From IMG/VR virus record IMGVR_UViG_3300034062_000306, positions 1-37,390 of that record: DNA of 37,390 nt; one strand, 5' to 3'. The position numbers were made by a program, and so were the translations under genes. The notes beneath the pieces were generated by a model. That model was not told the DNA's origin. It was given only the letters and a program-made list of their open reading frames with translations, and searched no databases. This DNA comes from a virus (Duplodnaviria; Caudoviricetes). Below, in pieces: positions 1 to 7,604 of this stretch. The stretch's first letter is position 1. Every line of letters begins with the position of its first letter.

Positions 1-23
1 AACTTGCATGTAAGGACCATATC

Positions 24-596
24 ATGGCATTGACCACATTCTCCGGCCCAGTTGCTTCGCAAAACGGCTTTATCACCACGATTTCCAATTCTTCCACTGG
101 AGCATCCGCCTTCAATGCAAGCACGACCGCCGTCACGATGACGGGCGTTGGCGGCACAGGCGGACGCACCTTGTTCGAGATGGGCACTAACGTTGCTCTG
201 GGTTCGTTCTCTAACGCTCTGAAAGCCCAAGTCACTTACGGTGCTACTGGTCGCACGACTGGTCTGGGTTCAGCCTTTGTTGCTGAGTTGACCCTTTCTG
301 CTGGTACTTCTTCCGGTACCTACTCCCCTGTTGAAATCGAGTTGAACGCTGATACTGGCGCTTCTACCGGCACAGCAACTTCGCTGATCTACGCTTCGGT
401 TAACGGTACAGGCAAAGCGACTGTCGATACCAACGGCTACCTGCTGAATCTGGCGGGCGTAACTGTTGCTGCTGCCAAATTGGCTGCCACTGGCACAATT
501 ACCAACGTCAACGAAATTACGCACGGCCTTCGCGTGAAGATTGCTGGTAGTGACTATTACCTGCTGGCCGCTACTGCCGCTAACTTCAACGCCTAA
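24..596 (+). CDS. Virion structural protein, probably head decoration/fibre
   Basis: AAGGA RBS upstream. Thr/Ala/Gly-rich beta-type protein. The N-terminal TTFSGPV-S-NGF resembles proteins that follow the major capsid gene in related phages (recalled, not searched). Confidence 0.6.
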   Translation: MALTTFSGPVASQNGFITTISNSSTGASAFNASTTAVTMTGVGGTGGRTLFEMGTNVALGSFSNALKAQVTYGATGRTTGLGSAFVAELTLSAGTSSGTYSPVEIELNADTGASTGTATSLIYASVNGTGKATVDTNGYLLNLAGVTVAAAKLAATGTITNVNEITHGLRVKIAGSDYYLLAATAANFNA

Positions 597-760
597 TGGC
601 CGCGCTGGATAGGGACTACCTGTTGGGTTTGAGGGGTCAGGCACTTGAGCAACGGCAAAAGTATCTGGACCTTATCCAACAGGCTAACGGTGCAATTGCA
701 ATGGTGGATGTTTTGTTGACCGAATTAGATCGACCATCAGCAGAACATAACGAGGATTAA
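596..760 (+). CDS. Hypothetical 54-aa helical protein (not in ORF track)
   Basis: ATG overlaps the previous stop (TAATG). Translates MAALDRDYLLGLRGQALEQRQKYLDLIQQANGAIAMVDVLLTELDRPSAEHNED* and fills the gap before 763. Confidence 0.75.
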   Translation: MAALDRDYLLGLRGQALEQRQKYLDLIQQANGAIAMVDVLLTELDRPSAEHNED

Positions 761-762
761 TC

Positions 763-1278
763 ATGACAATGCAATATGATGTAAAACAAGGCCATTTAAA
801 CCAAAGCGGTTTCTTTGTAAAGTATCGTACTCGCGTTAAAGGCGTTTCGTTTTTTGGCGGCAGTGGAACTTTGGTTTTGTTTGATACAACCGCAGCTCCA
901 GTCACTTCTAGCGTAACTTATGGTCGCAGCGGCACAACCGTGACGATTGGAAAAACTGCGCATGGGCTAACAACCGGCACTGTTGTTGGCATTCACTTTG
1001 ACAGTGGCTCAGGTGGCGCTGCCACTGATGGAAATTACCGCATTACCGTAACAACCGCAGATGCGTTTACGATCACAGACATCAATACTGGGAATATTAC
1101 AGGTTCTCCGGCAGCGCTTTATGTCAGTGGCGCAAATCGTTGGCTGTTAACTTACGAAACTCACTCATCAGACGAGTTTCAAAATGCCCCTGTTATTCCC
1201 GGCGAAGGCGTACTGGCAGTTAATGGGATTTACGCCTATATGGACGCCATTGACGGAGCGCAGATTTATTATGGCTAA
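763..1278 (+). CDS. Virion structural protein with an FCCH-like beta-sandwich segment
   Basis: GAGGA RBS. The segment TVTIGKTAHGLTTGTVVGI...YRITVTTADAFTI matches the xHGLxxGxxV pattern of phage FCCH-like domains. Confidence 0.55.
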   Translation: MTMQYDVKQGHLNQSGFFVKYRTRVKGVSFFGGSGTLVLFDTTAAPVTSSVTYGRSGTTVTIGKTAHGLTTGTVVGIHFDSGSGGAATDGNYRITVTTADAFTITDINTGNITGSPAALYVSGANRWLLTYETHSSDEFQNAPVIPGEGVLAVNGIYAYMDAIDGAQIYYG

Positions 1279-1528
1279 AAAGAAAGGCCCAGTTCTCTCG
1301 GTTGGTCGCGGCGAAAAGCTGCCGGTCTCCAAGGGAGCGGGCTTGACTGCCAAAGGCCGTGCCAAATACAACGCAGCTACGGGTAGCAACCTGAAAGCTC
1401 CCCAGCCCCAAGGCGGCAAGCGCAAGGATTCGTTCTGCGCCCGTATGTCCGGGATGCCGGGTCCAATGAAAGACGAAAAGGGTAAGCCCACCCGCAAGGC
1501 GGCTGCTCTGAAAAGATGGAAGTGCTGA
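1271..1528 (+). CDS. Small basic protein, DUF6321-like
   Basis: True start is probably ATG 1271 (GGAG upstream), not 1184. Motifs GLTAKGRAKYN, RKDSFCARM and the terminal RWKC. Confidence 0.65.
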   Translation: MAKKKGPVLSVGRGEKLPVSKGAGLTAKGRAKYNAATGSNLKAPQPQGGKRKDSFCARMSGMPGPMKDEKGKPTRKAAALKRWKC

Positions 1529-1529
1529 C

Positions 1530-1778
1530 ATGACTGAAGACGCTATCCAAACAGCCCGTGAACTTGCTACGCATGCGTCCGACATCAAGCACTTGCAAGA
1601 TGACATGGACAAGATGCTGGAGAACATGAAGGCCATGCAGGCAACGCTGACAGCCATTGACAAAACGCTGTCTGAGGCTCGCGGTGGCTGGAAAGTTTTG
1701 ATGTTGGTTGGCGGAGCAAGTAGTGTCGTAGGCGCTGGTTTAGTTCAGCTTGTTAACTGGTACGCAGGCGGCAAGTAA
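1530..1778 (+). CDS. Coiled-coil protein with C-terminal transmembrane helix (XhlA/holin-like architecture)
   Basis: Heptad-like N-terminal region followed by hydrophobic WKVLMLVGGASSVVGAGLVQLVNWY. Confidence 0.55.
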   Translation: MTEDAIQTARELATHASDIKHLQDDMDKMLENMKAMQATLTAIDKTLSEARGGWKVLMLVGGASSVVGAGLVQLVNWYAGGK

Positions 1779-2446
1779 TGTATCTGACAAGCAACATCCC
1801 GTACTTCAAATGCTGGGTGCGCAAAGAGTTTACGAATGCTCACCAGAAGTACCAAGGTGAGTTTATTCACGGGTTGGCAGTGGCGGTCACTACCATTCCT
1901 GACAGAAGTTTGAGTTTTCAGATAATCTTCACTGGCCTTGAGGCCGAAGAGGGTGAGAACGTACATGGTGGGGCAATGTGGGCGAGGATGCCGCTTGCTG
2001 CGCTTGTTGGAGATATTCCGCTGGAAGTGTGGCCTGAACGTATGTTGAACCACTTGTCGCAGCCTTGGGACTGCAACTCATACAATCACTCCATCATCAG
2101 CTTGGAGCGTGCAAAGCCTTCTCCGTGGATGTGCAAGATAGGCGGGGAGTTTTACACCGGCAGGTATTTGTTCACTGTAGATTACGCAGAGAGCGATGTT
2201 TCTGAAGACCCGTCACAGCACAAGCAGAGTCATGTGCTGATATTGACGGACGCAGGTAAGTGGACTGGAAATGTTGTGGCGCTGCCCAACAACCGGGTCC
2301 GGGTAACAAGTCCAGCCTATTGGCAAACTGGACAGGGAGCGCCTGATTTCAGGCCAAACCAGTGGATTCACTGTGCGGAGCAAGATGACTCGTACATGGA
2401 TGCGGAGCAGACGTTTAACAACCTTTATCAGGAGCAAGAGAAATGA
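1778..2446 (+). CDS. Phage protein of unknown function (Trp/His-rich, globular)
   Basis: TAATG coupling. 222 aa with motifs QPWDC, QHKQSH and LPNNRV. Confidence 0.7.
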   Translation: MYLTSNIPYFKCWVRKEFTNAHQKYQGEFIHGLAVAVTTIPDRSLSFQIIFTGLEAEEGENVHGGAMWARMPLAALVGDIPLEVWPERMLNHLSQPWDCNSYNHSIISLERAKPSPWMCKIGGEFYTGRYLFTVDYAESDVSEDPSQHKQSHVLILTDAGKWTGNVVALPNNRVRVTSPAYWQTGQGAPDFRPNQWIHCAEQDDSYMDAEQTFNNLYQEQEK

Positions 2447-2508
2447 TGAAATCAAAAATGATGGCCAGTGGCGGCATGATGAAATCCAAAATGATGGCCA
2501 GTGGCGGC
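2443..2508 (+). repeat. 33-nt tandem duplication encoding MMKSKMMASGG twice
   Basis: atgatgaaatcaaaaatgatggccagtggcggc followed by atgatgaaatccaaaatgatggccagtggcggc (one mismatch). Confidence 0.95.
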
Positions 2509-2733
2509 GCTATGCCCATGAAAGACGGCAAGCCTGCTTTTGTTGGCGACGGCGTAGGCAAGATGAAAAAAGGCGGCATGCCACCAGCATTGGCCAAACA
2601 CGCAGCAAAACCCGCTTCCAAGGCCCACAAAGGTCTGGCTGGTGGCGGCATGACCAAAATGGGCGCAGTAAAAACGTCTTCTGGTCGTGATGGTATTGCT
2701 GTTAAAGGCAAGACCAAAGGCCGGATAGTTTAA
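2443..2733 (+). CDS. Small Met/Lys/Gly-rich basic protein, putative internal head protein
   Basis: ATGA overlap with a GGAG RBS. Four x-x-GG motifs. C-terminus RDGIAVKGKTKGRIV. Confidence 0.7.
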   Translation: MMKSKMMASGGMMKSKMMASGGAMPMKDGKPAFVGDGVGKMKKGGMPPALAKHAAKPASKAHKGLAGGGMTKMGAVKTSSGRDGIAVKGKTKGRIV

Positions 2734-2735
2734 AC

Positions 2736-3026
2736 ATGATGGCCAGCCGTGGCATGGGGGACATCAACCCCAGCAAAATGCCCAAGGGCAAGAAGATCAC
2801 CCGCAAGGATGATCCGAACAAGGTTGACTTGTTTGCTAAAGGTGGCAAGGTGAAGTCCAAGGTCAATGAGGCTGGCAACTACACCAAGCCTGAGCTACGT
2901 AAACGCATCTTTAACGCCGTGAAGGCAGAGGCCACAGCGGGCACTGGCGCAGGACAATGGAGCGCCCGTAAGGCGCAAATGGTGGCGCAGCGTTACAAAA
3001 AAGCTGGCGGCGGGTACCGTGACTAA
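2736..3026 (+). CDS. Small basic protein containing the N-terminal half of a DUF5872-like domain
   Basis: YTKPELRKRI...GQWSARKAQ...YKKAGGGY motif, preceded by FAKGGKV. Confidence 0.65.
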   Translation: MMASRGMGDINPSKMPKGKKITRKDDPNKVDLFAKGGKVKSKVNEAGNYTKPELRKRIFNAVKAEATAGTGAGQWSARKAQMVAQRYKKAGGGYRD

Positions 3027-3360
3027 ATGGTCAGACAAGCGCAAAAAGGCAATTAACTGTGATGCCCCCAAAGGGTTCTCGGAGAAAGCCCACTGCGCTG
3101 GAAAGAAGAAGATGGCAACAGGCGGCTTGGCTAAACCGCAACAGTCTCTAAAGGACTGGGGCAAACAAGACTGGAGAACCAAAAGTGGTAAAAAATCTTC
3201 TGAAACAGGTGAGCGATACCTTCCAAGCGCTGCGATTAAAAGTCTCAGCCCTGCTGAGTACGCTGCGACGACCAAAGCCAAGCGGGCAGGAAAAGCCGCC
3301 GGGAAACAGTTCGTAGCGCAGCCCAAGCGTATTGCAAAGAAAACAGCGGGGTTTAGATAA
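3019..3360 (+). CDS. Small basic protein containing the C-terminal half of a DUF5872-like domain
   Basis: GTG start overlapping the previous stop. INCDAPKGFSEKAHC, then MATGG, then QQSLKDWGKQDWRTKSG...GERYLP. Confidence 0.65.
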   Translation: MTKWSDKRKKAINCDAPKGFSEKAHCAGKKKMATGGLAKPQQSLKDWGKQDWRTKSGKKSSETGERYLPSAAIKSLSPAEYAATTKAKRAGKAAGKQFVAQPKRIAKKTAGFR

Positions 3361-3539
3361 TGGCTGGTAAGAAATTTATCCAAGAAGCAATCAAAAAACC
3401 CGGTGCATTACGCGCCGCGCTTGGTGCTAAAGAAGGCAAGCCGATTCCAGCCAAAAAGCTGGCGGCTGCGGCCAAAGCCCCCGGTAAACTAGGCCAACGT
3501 GCCCGGTTTGCTAAAACGCTCAGAGGCTTTAAGAAGTAA
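3360..3539 (+). CDS. 59-aa Lys/Ala-rich basic protein (not in ORF track)
   Basis: TAATG coupling. MAGKKFIQEAIKKPGALRAALGAKEGKPIPAKKLAAAAKAPGKLGQRARFAKTLRGFKK* fills the gap to 3543. Confidence 0.85.
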   Translation: MAGKKFIQEAIKKPGALRAALGAKEGKPIPAKKLAAAAKAPGKLGQRARFAKTLRGFKK

Positions 3540-3542
3540 CCT

Positions 3543-4475
3543 ATGGCAACCACCTCTGGCACAGCAGCCTTTAACCTTGACCTGACTGATCTGGTCGAGG
3601 AGGCGTTTGAGCGCGTCGGTAGCGAGATGCGTACTGGCTACGACTTGCGGACTGCCCGCCGGTCGCTGAACCTGCTGTTTGCGGACTGGGCTAACCGTGG
3701 CGTGAACATGTGGACGTTTGAGCAAGGCTCCATCACTTTGGTGCAGGGGCAAAACACTTACGCCCTGCCGTCAGACACCGTTGACCTGCTTGAGCACGTC
3801 ATCCGCACTGGTGCTAACACGGCGTCTACACAGGCAGACCTGACGATCACCCGGATCAGCGTATCAACCTACGCCACGATTCCGAACAAGATTCAACAGG
3901 CGCGGCCAATCCAAATCTGGATTCAGCGGTACAACGCACAAAGCTCGCCTACGGGCCTGACGCTGAACGGCACCATTACCTCTACGGCTACAACACTCAC
4001 CCTCAGTTCTACTGTGGGCCTGCCAGCTTCCGGTTTTATCAAAATTGACAACGAGACCATCAACTACAGCTACATATCAGGGAATACCCTAAACAACTGT
4101 TTCCGCGCTCAGAACAACACCACCGCAGCCTCTCACACTACGGGCACAGCCGTGTTCTTGGAACAGCTCCCGGCGGTCACTGTCTGGCCAACGCCGGATG
4201 GCTCACAGACCTACACGCTGGTTTACTGGCGTTTGCGCCGTACGCAGGATGCCGGTGGTGGTGTCAACGTCATGGATGTGCCTTTCAGGTTCGTGCCTTG
4301 CATGGTGGCTGGGCTGGCCTACTACTTGGCTATAAAGGTGCCCGGTGGCATTGAACGTCTGGGCGTGCTCAAACAGCAGTACGATGAGGCGTGGCAACTG
4401 GCTTCGGATGAGGACCGTGAAAAGGCGGCTGTACGGTTCGTGCCGCGCCAGATGTTTATTGGAAGCGGAACATGA
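3543..4475 (+). CDS. Head-tail adaptor-like protein (P22 gp4/T7 gp11-like) with an inserted beta domain
   Basis: Helical N-terminus (LVEEAFERVG...ARRSLNLLFADW), VWPTPD motif and C-terminal GLAYYLA helices. Position among virion genes. Confidence 0.6.
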   Translation: MATTSGTAAFNLDLTDLVEEAFERVGSEMRTGYDLRTARRSLNLLFADWANRGVNMWTFEQGSITLVQGQNTYALPSDTVDLLEHVIRTGANTASTQADLTITRISVSTYATIPNKIQQARPIQIWIQRYNAQSSPTGLTLNGTITSTATTLTLSSTVGLPASGFIKIDNETINYSYISGNTLNNCFRAQNNTTAASHTTGTAVFLEQLPAVTVWPTPDGSQTYTLVYWRLRRTQDAGGGVNVMDVPFRFVPCMVAGLAYYLAIKVPGGIERLGVLKQQYDEAWQLASDEDREKAAVRFVPRQMFIGSGT

Positions 4476-5185
4476 AGTCAAAGAAAGTGCGTAAGTTTTC
4501 CGGTGCGGAGGGTAGTTTTATACTGCCCGCACAGGTGCGCACTTTTGCCGAGACGGTTGCAGGTAACCGCGACCCCATCACAGAAAAAAATTTTAGTAAA
4601 AAAGAAACACAACAGATGCGCGACGCTATTGCGCGTTCGAGGGAACGGCAATCGAAGATTGTAGAATTTGAAAAAAGCAAAGGTCGTAGAGGATACTACG
4701 ACGAAACCGTAGACTATAAGGATTACGGCGCGGACAAGTTAAGACAGATGGACTCTAAGAGAGACTACAGCCCCCTACCGGGTGATGCCGCAAGAAACAC
4801 ATTGGGGCGTTTTAAGTACGAGAAGACGCCGGAAGGTCGTTTGGTTGTAACCGACAGTTACGATTTCAAAGACGATCTCGTGGATAAAAACTCAAATATC
4901 CCGCGTTCGAAAGACTACGAAAAGTTGAGCACGTTTGAAAAACTGGGCAAACTGGCAAAAGACACTATTGCTTCGGACAAAGGAGGTTTAACAACGCTCC
5001 CCAGCCGTGTGGGTAGTGCGTTTGTCGGAGCCGCATCCCGACCCGTGCGTGTTGACCTCGGAGAAGCCCCCTTTAGAAAAGGCGGAGCAGTAAAAGCACG
5101 AGCGCACGGCCCATCACGCACAAGTTCTTCTAAGCGCGGCGACGGCATTGCCAAAAAAGGCTTTACCAAAGGCAAGGTGCGATAA
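4472..5185 (+). CDS. Hypothetical protein: charged domain fused to a conserved basic C-terminal tail
   Basis: ATGA overlap. A-rich coding sequence. Ends FRKGGAV...SKRGDGIAKKGFTKGKVR. Confidence 0.7.
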   Translation: MKSKKVRKFSGAEGSFILPAQVRTFAETVAGNRDPITEKNFSKKETQQMRDAIARSRERQSKIVEFEKSKGRRGYYDETVDYKDYGADKLRQMDSKRDYSPLPGDAARNTLGRFKYEKTPEGRLVVTDSYDFKDDLVDKNSNIPRSKDYEKLSTFEKLGKLAKDTIASDKGGLTTLPSRVGSAFVGAASRPVRVDLGEAPFRKGGAVKARAHGPSRTSSSKRGDGIAKKGFTKGKVR

Positions 5186-5574
5186 TGGGCAACCGTTTTT
5201 CCTCCGGCAAGAACTCGATTGCCATTTGCGACAGGTGTGGTTTTCAGTTTAAGCTGACCAACCTGCGCAAAGAAGTTGTTAAGACAAAGATTAACAACAC
5301 GCTGGTCTGCCCGTCCTGCTATGACCCGGATCAGCCACAGCTCCAGTTGGGCATGTACCCAGTAGATGACCCGCAAGCGGTGCGCAACCCCCGCAGGGAC
5401 TCAACGTATGTTGAGGCTGGTGTAAACACGGCAGGGTTCAATACCGGGGGTAGCCGGGACATCCAGTGGGGTTGGTATCCGGTTGGTGGTGCTAGCTTCT
5501 TCACCGAGTTGCTGACGCCAAACAATCTGGTGTTGACTACAGCGGTGGGTCAAGTGACAATCTCAGTAACCTAA
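5185..5574 (+). CDS. Zinc-ribbon phage protein
   Basis: CDRC...CPSC cysteine pairs and TAATG coupling. Confidence 0.7.
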   Translation: MGNRFSSGKNSIAICDRCGFQFKLTNLRKEVVKTKINNTLVCPSCYDPDQPQLQLGMYPVDDPQAVRNPRRDSTYVEAGVNTAGFNTGGSRDIQWGWYPVGGASFFTELLTPNNLVLTTAVGQVTISVT

Positions 5575-5584
5575 GGAGTTAGAA

Positions 5585-5788
5585 ATGGCCATATCGTACA
5601 AAACCAGACCAGCCCCAACAAAGGCAGTGCTTCCGCCAACGAACAACGACAAGTATTTGGCGGATGTAAACGTGTCAGTGGGCAACAACCGCAGTAACGA
5701 TTACAAGCCAACCAAGACCACAGGCATAGTGACCCGGGGTAATGGCTGCGCCACTAAAGGCATCACCGCCCGAGGACCAATGGCGTGA
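5585..5788 (+). CDS. Small basic protein with RGxGxAxKG motif
   Basis: Strong TAAGGAG RBS. C-terminus TRGNGCATKGITARGPMA. Confidence 0.7.
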   Translation: MAISYKTRPAPTKAVLPPTNNDKYLADVNVSVGNNRSNDYKPTKTTGIVTRGNGCATKGITARGPMA

Positions 5789-6471
5789 ACTACACCCAGT
5801 TAACAAATGCGATCTGCGATTACACGCAGAACTTCGACCAAGACTTCATTGACAACATTCCGGTGTTTGTGGAGCAGGCCGAAGAACGCATTTTTAACAC
5901 TGTCCAGTTCCCGGCACTTCGCAAGAATCAGTTCTCTCTCATAACGACCAACAACAAGTACGTGTCTTTGCCAAACGATTTCTTGTCTGTGTTTTCGTTG
6001 GCATTGGTGACAGGTGTTACCGGCGCAAACCTAGACACTGGCACGTACGAGTACTTGCTCAACAAGGATGTAAACTTTATCCGGCAGGCTTACCCCAGCC
6101 CGAACGCAACAGGCGAGCCAAAATACTACGCTTTGTTCGGGCCAACGATTGTCAGTTCAGCGATCACCACTGAGCTATCACTCATCCTCGGCCCAACGCC
6201 TGATGCTGCGTATTACGTAGAGTTGCATTACTTCTACTACCCCGTTTCAATTGTCACGGCTGGCACATCTTGGCTTGGCGATAATTACGATCCCGTCCTG
6301 TTGTACGGCTCTCTGGTAGAGGCAAACACGTTCATGAAGGGTGAAGCCGACATGACCGCCTTGTACAACGGAAAATACACAGAAGCTTTAGCACAGGCCA
6401 AACGACTTGGTGATGGACTTGAGCGCGGAGATGCGTATCGGGACGGTCAGTACAAGCAAAAGGTGATCTGA
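5785..6471 (+). CDS. Second adaptor/tail tubular protein A-like protein
   Basis: GTGA overlap with GAGGA RBS. MNYxQL...FVEQAEERI, LPNDFL, GEPKYYA, GPTPD and LLYGSLVEA pattern typical of podophage adaptor proteins. Confidence 0.6.
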   Translation: MNYTQLTNAICDYTQNFDQDFIDNIPVFVEQAEERIFNTVQFPALRKNQFSLITTNNKYVSLPNDFLSVFSLALVTGVTGANLDTGTYEYLLNKDVNFIRQAYPSPNATGEPKYYALFGPTIVSSAITTELSLILGPTPDAAYYVELHYFYYPVSIVTAGTSWLGDNYDPVLLYGSLVEANTFMKGEADMTALYNGKYTEALAQAKRLGDGLERGDAYRDGQYKQKVI

Positions 6472-6472
6472 T

Positions 6473-6889
6473 ATGGCATTTGACCAGACACTCACCACAA
6501 GCTTCAAGCAGGATATTTTGCTGGGTGTACACGACCTTGACACAGACACGCTGAAGATGGCCTTGTACTTGGCGACAGCCAACCTTGACGCAGACACCAC
6601 CGTTTACACAGCAACAGGCGAAACATCCGGTACAGGCTATACAGCCGGTGGCAATGTGTTGACAGGCGTTACGGTTCAGACCTCGGGCACAACAGCCTTT
6701 GTAGATTTTGCCAACCCCACATGGAACCCCGCCAATTTCACGGCACGTGGCGCGTTAATTTATAACGTCACCAAGAGCAACAAAGCGATTGCTATATTGG
6801 ACTTTGGCTCTGACAAGGTGGCGACCACCACCTTTGTTGTTGAGATGCCAGCCAACACAGTGTCATCTGCGTTAATTAGAATTTCATAA
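6473..6889 (+). CDS. Tail structural protein (paralog of 7103-7579)
   Basis: TSFKQDILLGVHD...KMALY...GYTAGG...ALIYN...DFGSD pattern. Confidence 0.65.
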   Translation: MAFDQTLTTSFKQDILLGVHDLDTDTLKMALYLATANLDADTTVYTATGETSGTGYTAGGNVLTGVTVQTSGTTAFVDFANPTWNPANFTARGALIYNVTKSNKAIAILDFGSDKVATTTFVVEMPANTVSSALIRIS

Positions 6890-6897
6890 GGACCAAC

Positions 6898-7092
6898 ATG
6901 CTTGTAACCACAACCAAAGGCGACATGGATGACTCCCTGCTTGAAAAGCGGGAAGGCACAGTGGATAATGACAACGAACTCACGACATGGGTTGAGTACT
7001 GGTTGGACGGAGAGCTTGTCCACCGTTCTGCGCATGTGACCTTGAAAAAAACAGCCGTCTTTGGTGGCGGCGAAACAGCTTCTTTTGCTTAA
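6898..7092 (+). CDS. Hypothetical 64-aa protein
   Basis: TAAGGA RBS. Fills the gap between the two paralogs. Confidence 0.7.
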   Translation: MLVTTTKGDMDDSLLEKREGTVDNDNELTTWVEYWLDGELVHRSAHVTLKKTAVFGGGETASFA

Positions 7093-7102
7093 AGGATAAA
7101 TC

Positions 7103-7579
7103 ATGGCAAACACTCAATCAATGTGTACCTCGTTCATGGGCGAGCTAATGACCGCAACCCATAACTTTGGAACGGCACCGACCCGCGGAACAAGCGCAAC
7201 CGACACGTTTAAAGCGGCTTTGTATTTGACATCCGCCACAGTTAACGCATCTACCACGGCGTACTCTGCTTCGAATGAGGTGTCTGGTACGGGTTACTCC
7301 GCAGGGGGCGTAACGGTAACGGCTGCAACCCCTCCTACGGCAACAAACTCTTCGGCAACTGCGGGGGTGGCGTTTTTTACCCCTTCGGCATCCATTGTTT
7401 ACACAACAGTAACTTTGTCTACGGCGTTTGATGCGGTGTTGATTTACAACTCTACGCAAAGTAACAAGGCGGTTTCTGTCCATACGTTTGGCAGTCAGAC
7501 CATCACGGCGGGTACTTTTACTTTGACAATGCCTGCTGATACGACATCAACTGCTTTGTTGCGTCTGGCTACAACCTAA
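7103..7579 (+). CDS. Tail structural protein (paralog of 6473-6889)
   Basis: AAGGA RBS. TSFMGELMTATHN...KAALY...GYSAGG...VLIYN...TFGSQ pattern. Confidence 0.65.
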   Translation: MANTQSMCTSFMGELMTATHNFGTAPTRGTSATDTFKAALYLTSATVNASTTAYSASNEVSGTGYSAGGVTVTAATPPTATNSSATAGVAFFTPSASIVYTTVTLSTAFDAVLIYNSTQSNKAVSVHTFGSQTITAGTFTLTMPADTTSTALLRLATT

Positions 7580-7581
7580 GC

Positions 7582-7604
7582 GGAGGCGGCGTAAGCCGTA
7601 GACC
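7582..7604 (+). promoter_or_regulatory. Shine-Dalgarno followed by a GNRA hairpin before the 7605 start
   Basis: GGAGG (7582-7586), then CGGC-GTAA-GCCG (7587-7598), then TAGACC-ATG. Confidence 0.5.

Noticed and set aside
1184-1270. Upstream extension of the 1184-1528 ORF
   Set aside because: It overlaps the 763 gene out of frame. ATG 1271 has an RBS and starts the recognisable basic domain.
2373-2690. Alternative-frame 105-aa ORF with DEIxNDGQWR repeats
   Set aside because: A by-product of the 33-nt duplication. The 2443 frame has the RBS, the coupling and the shared motifs.
2443-2733. GG motifs read as bacteriocin double-glycine leader peptides
   Set aside because: No ELSxxEL-type leader helix, and no C39 peptidase transporter or modification enzymes in the window.
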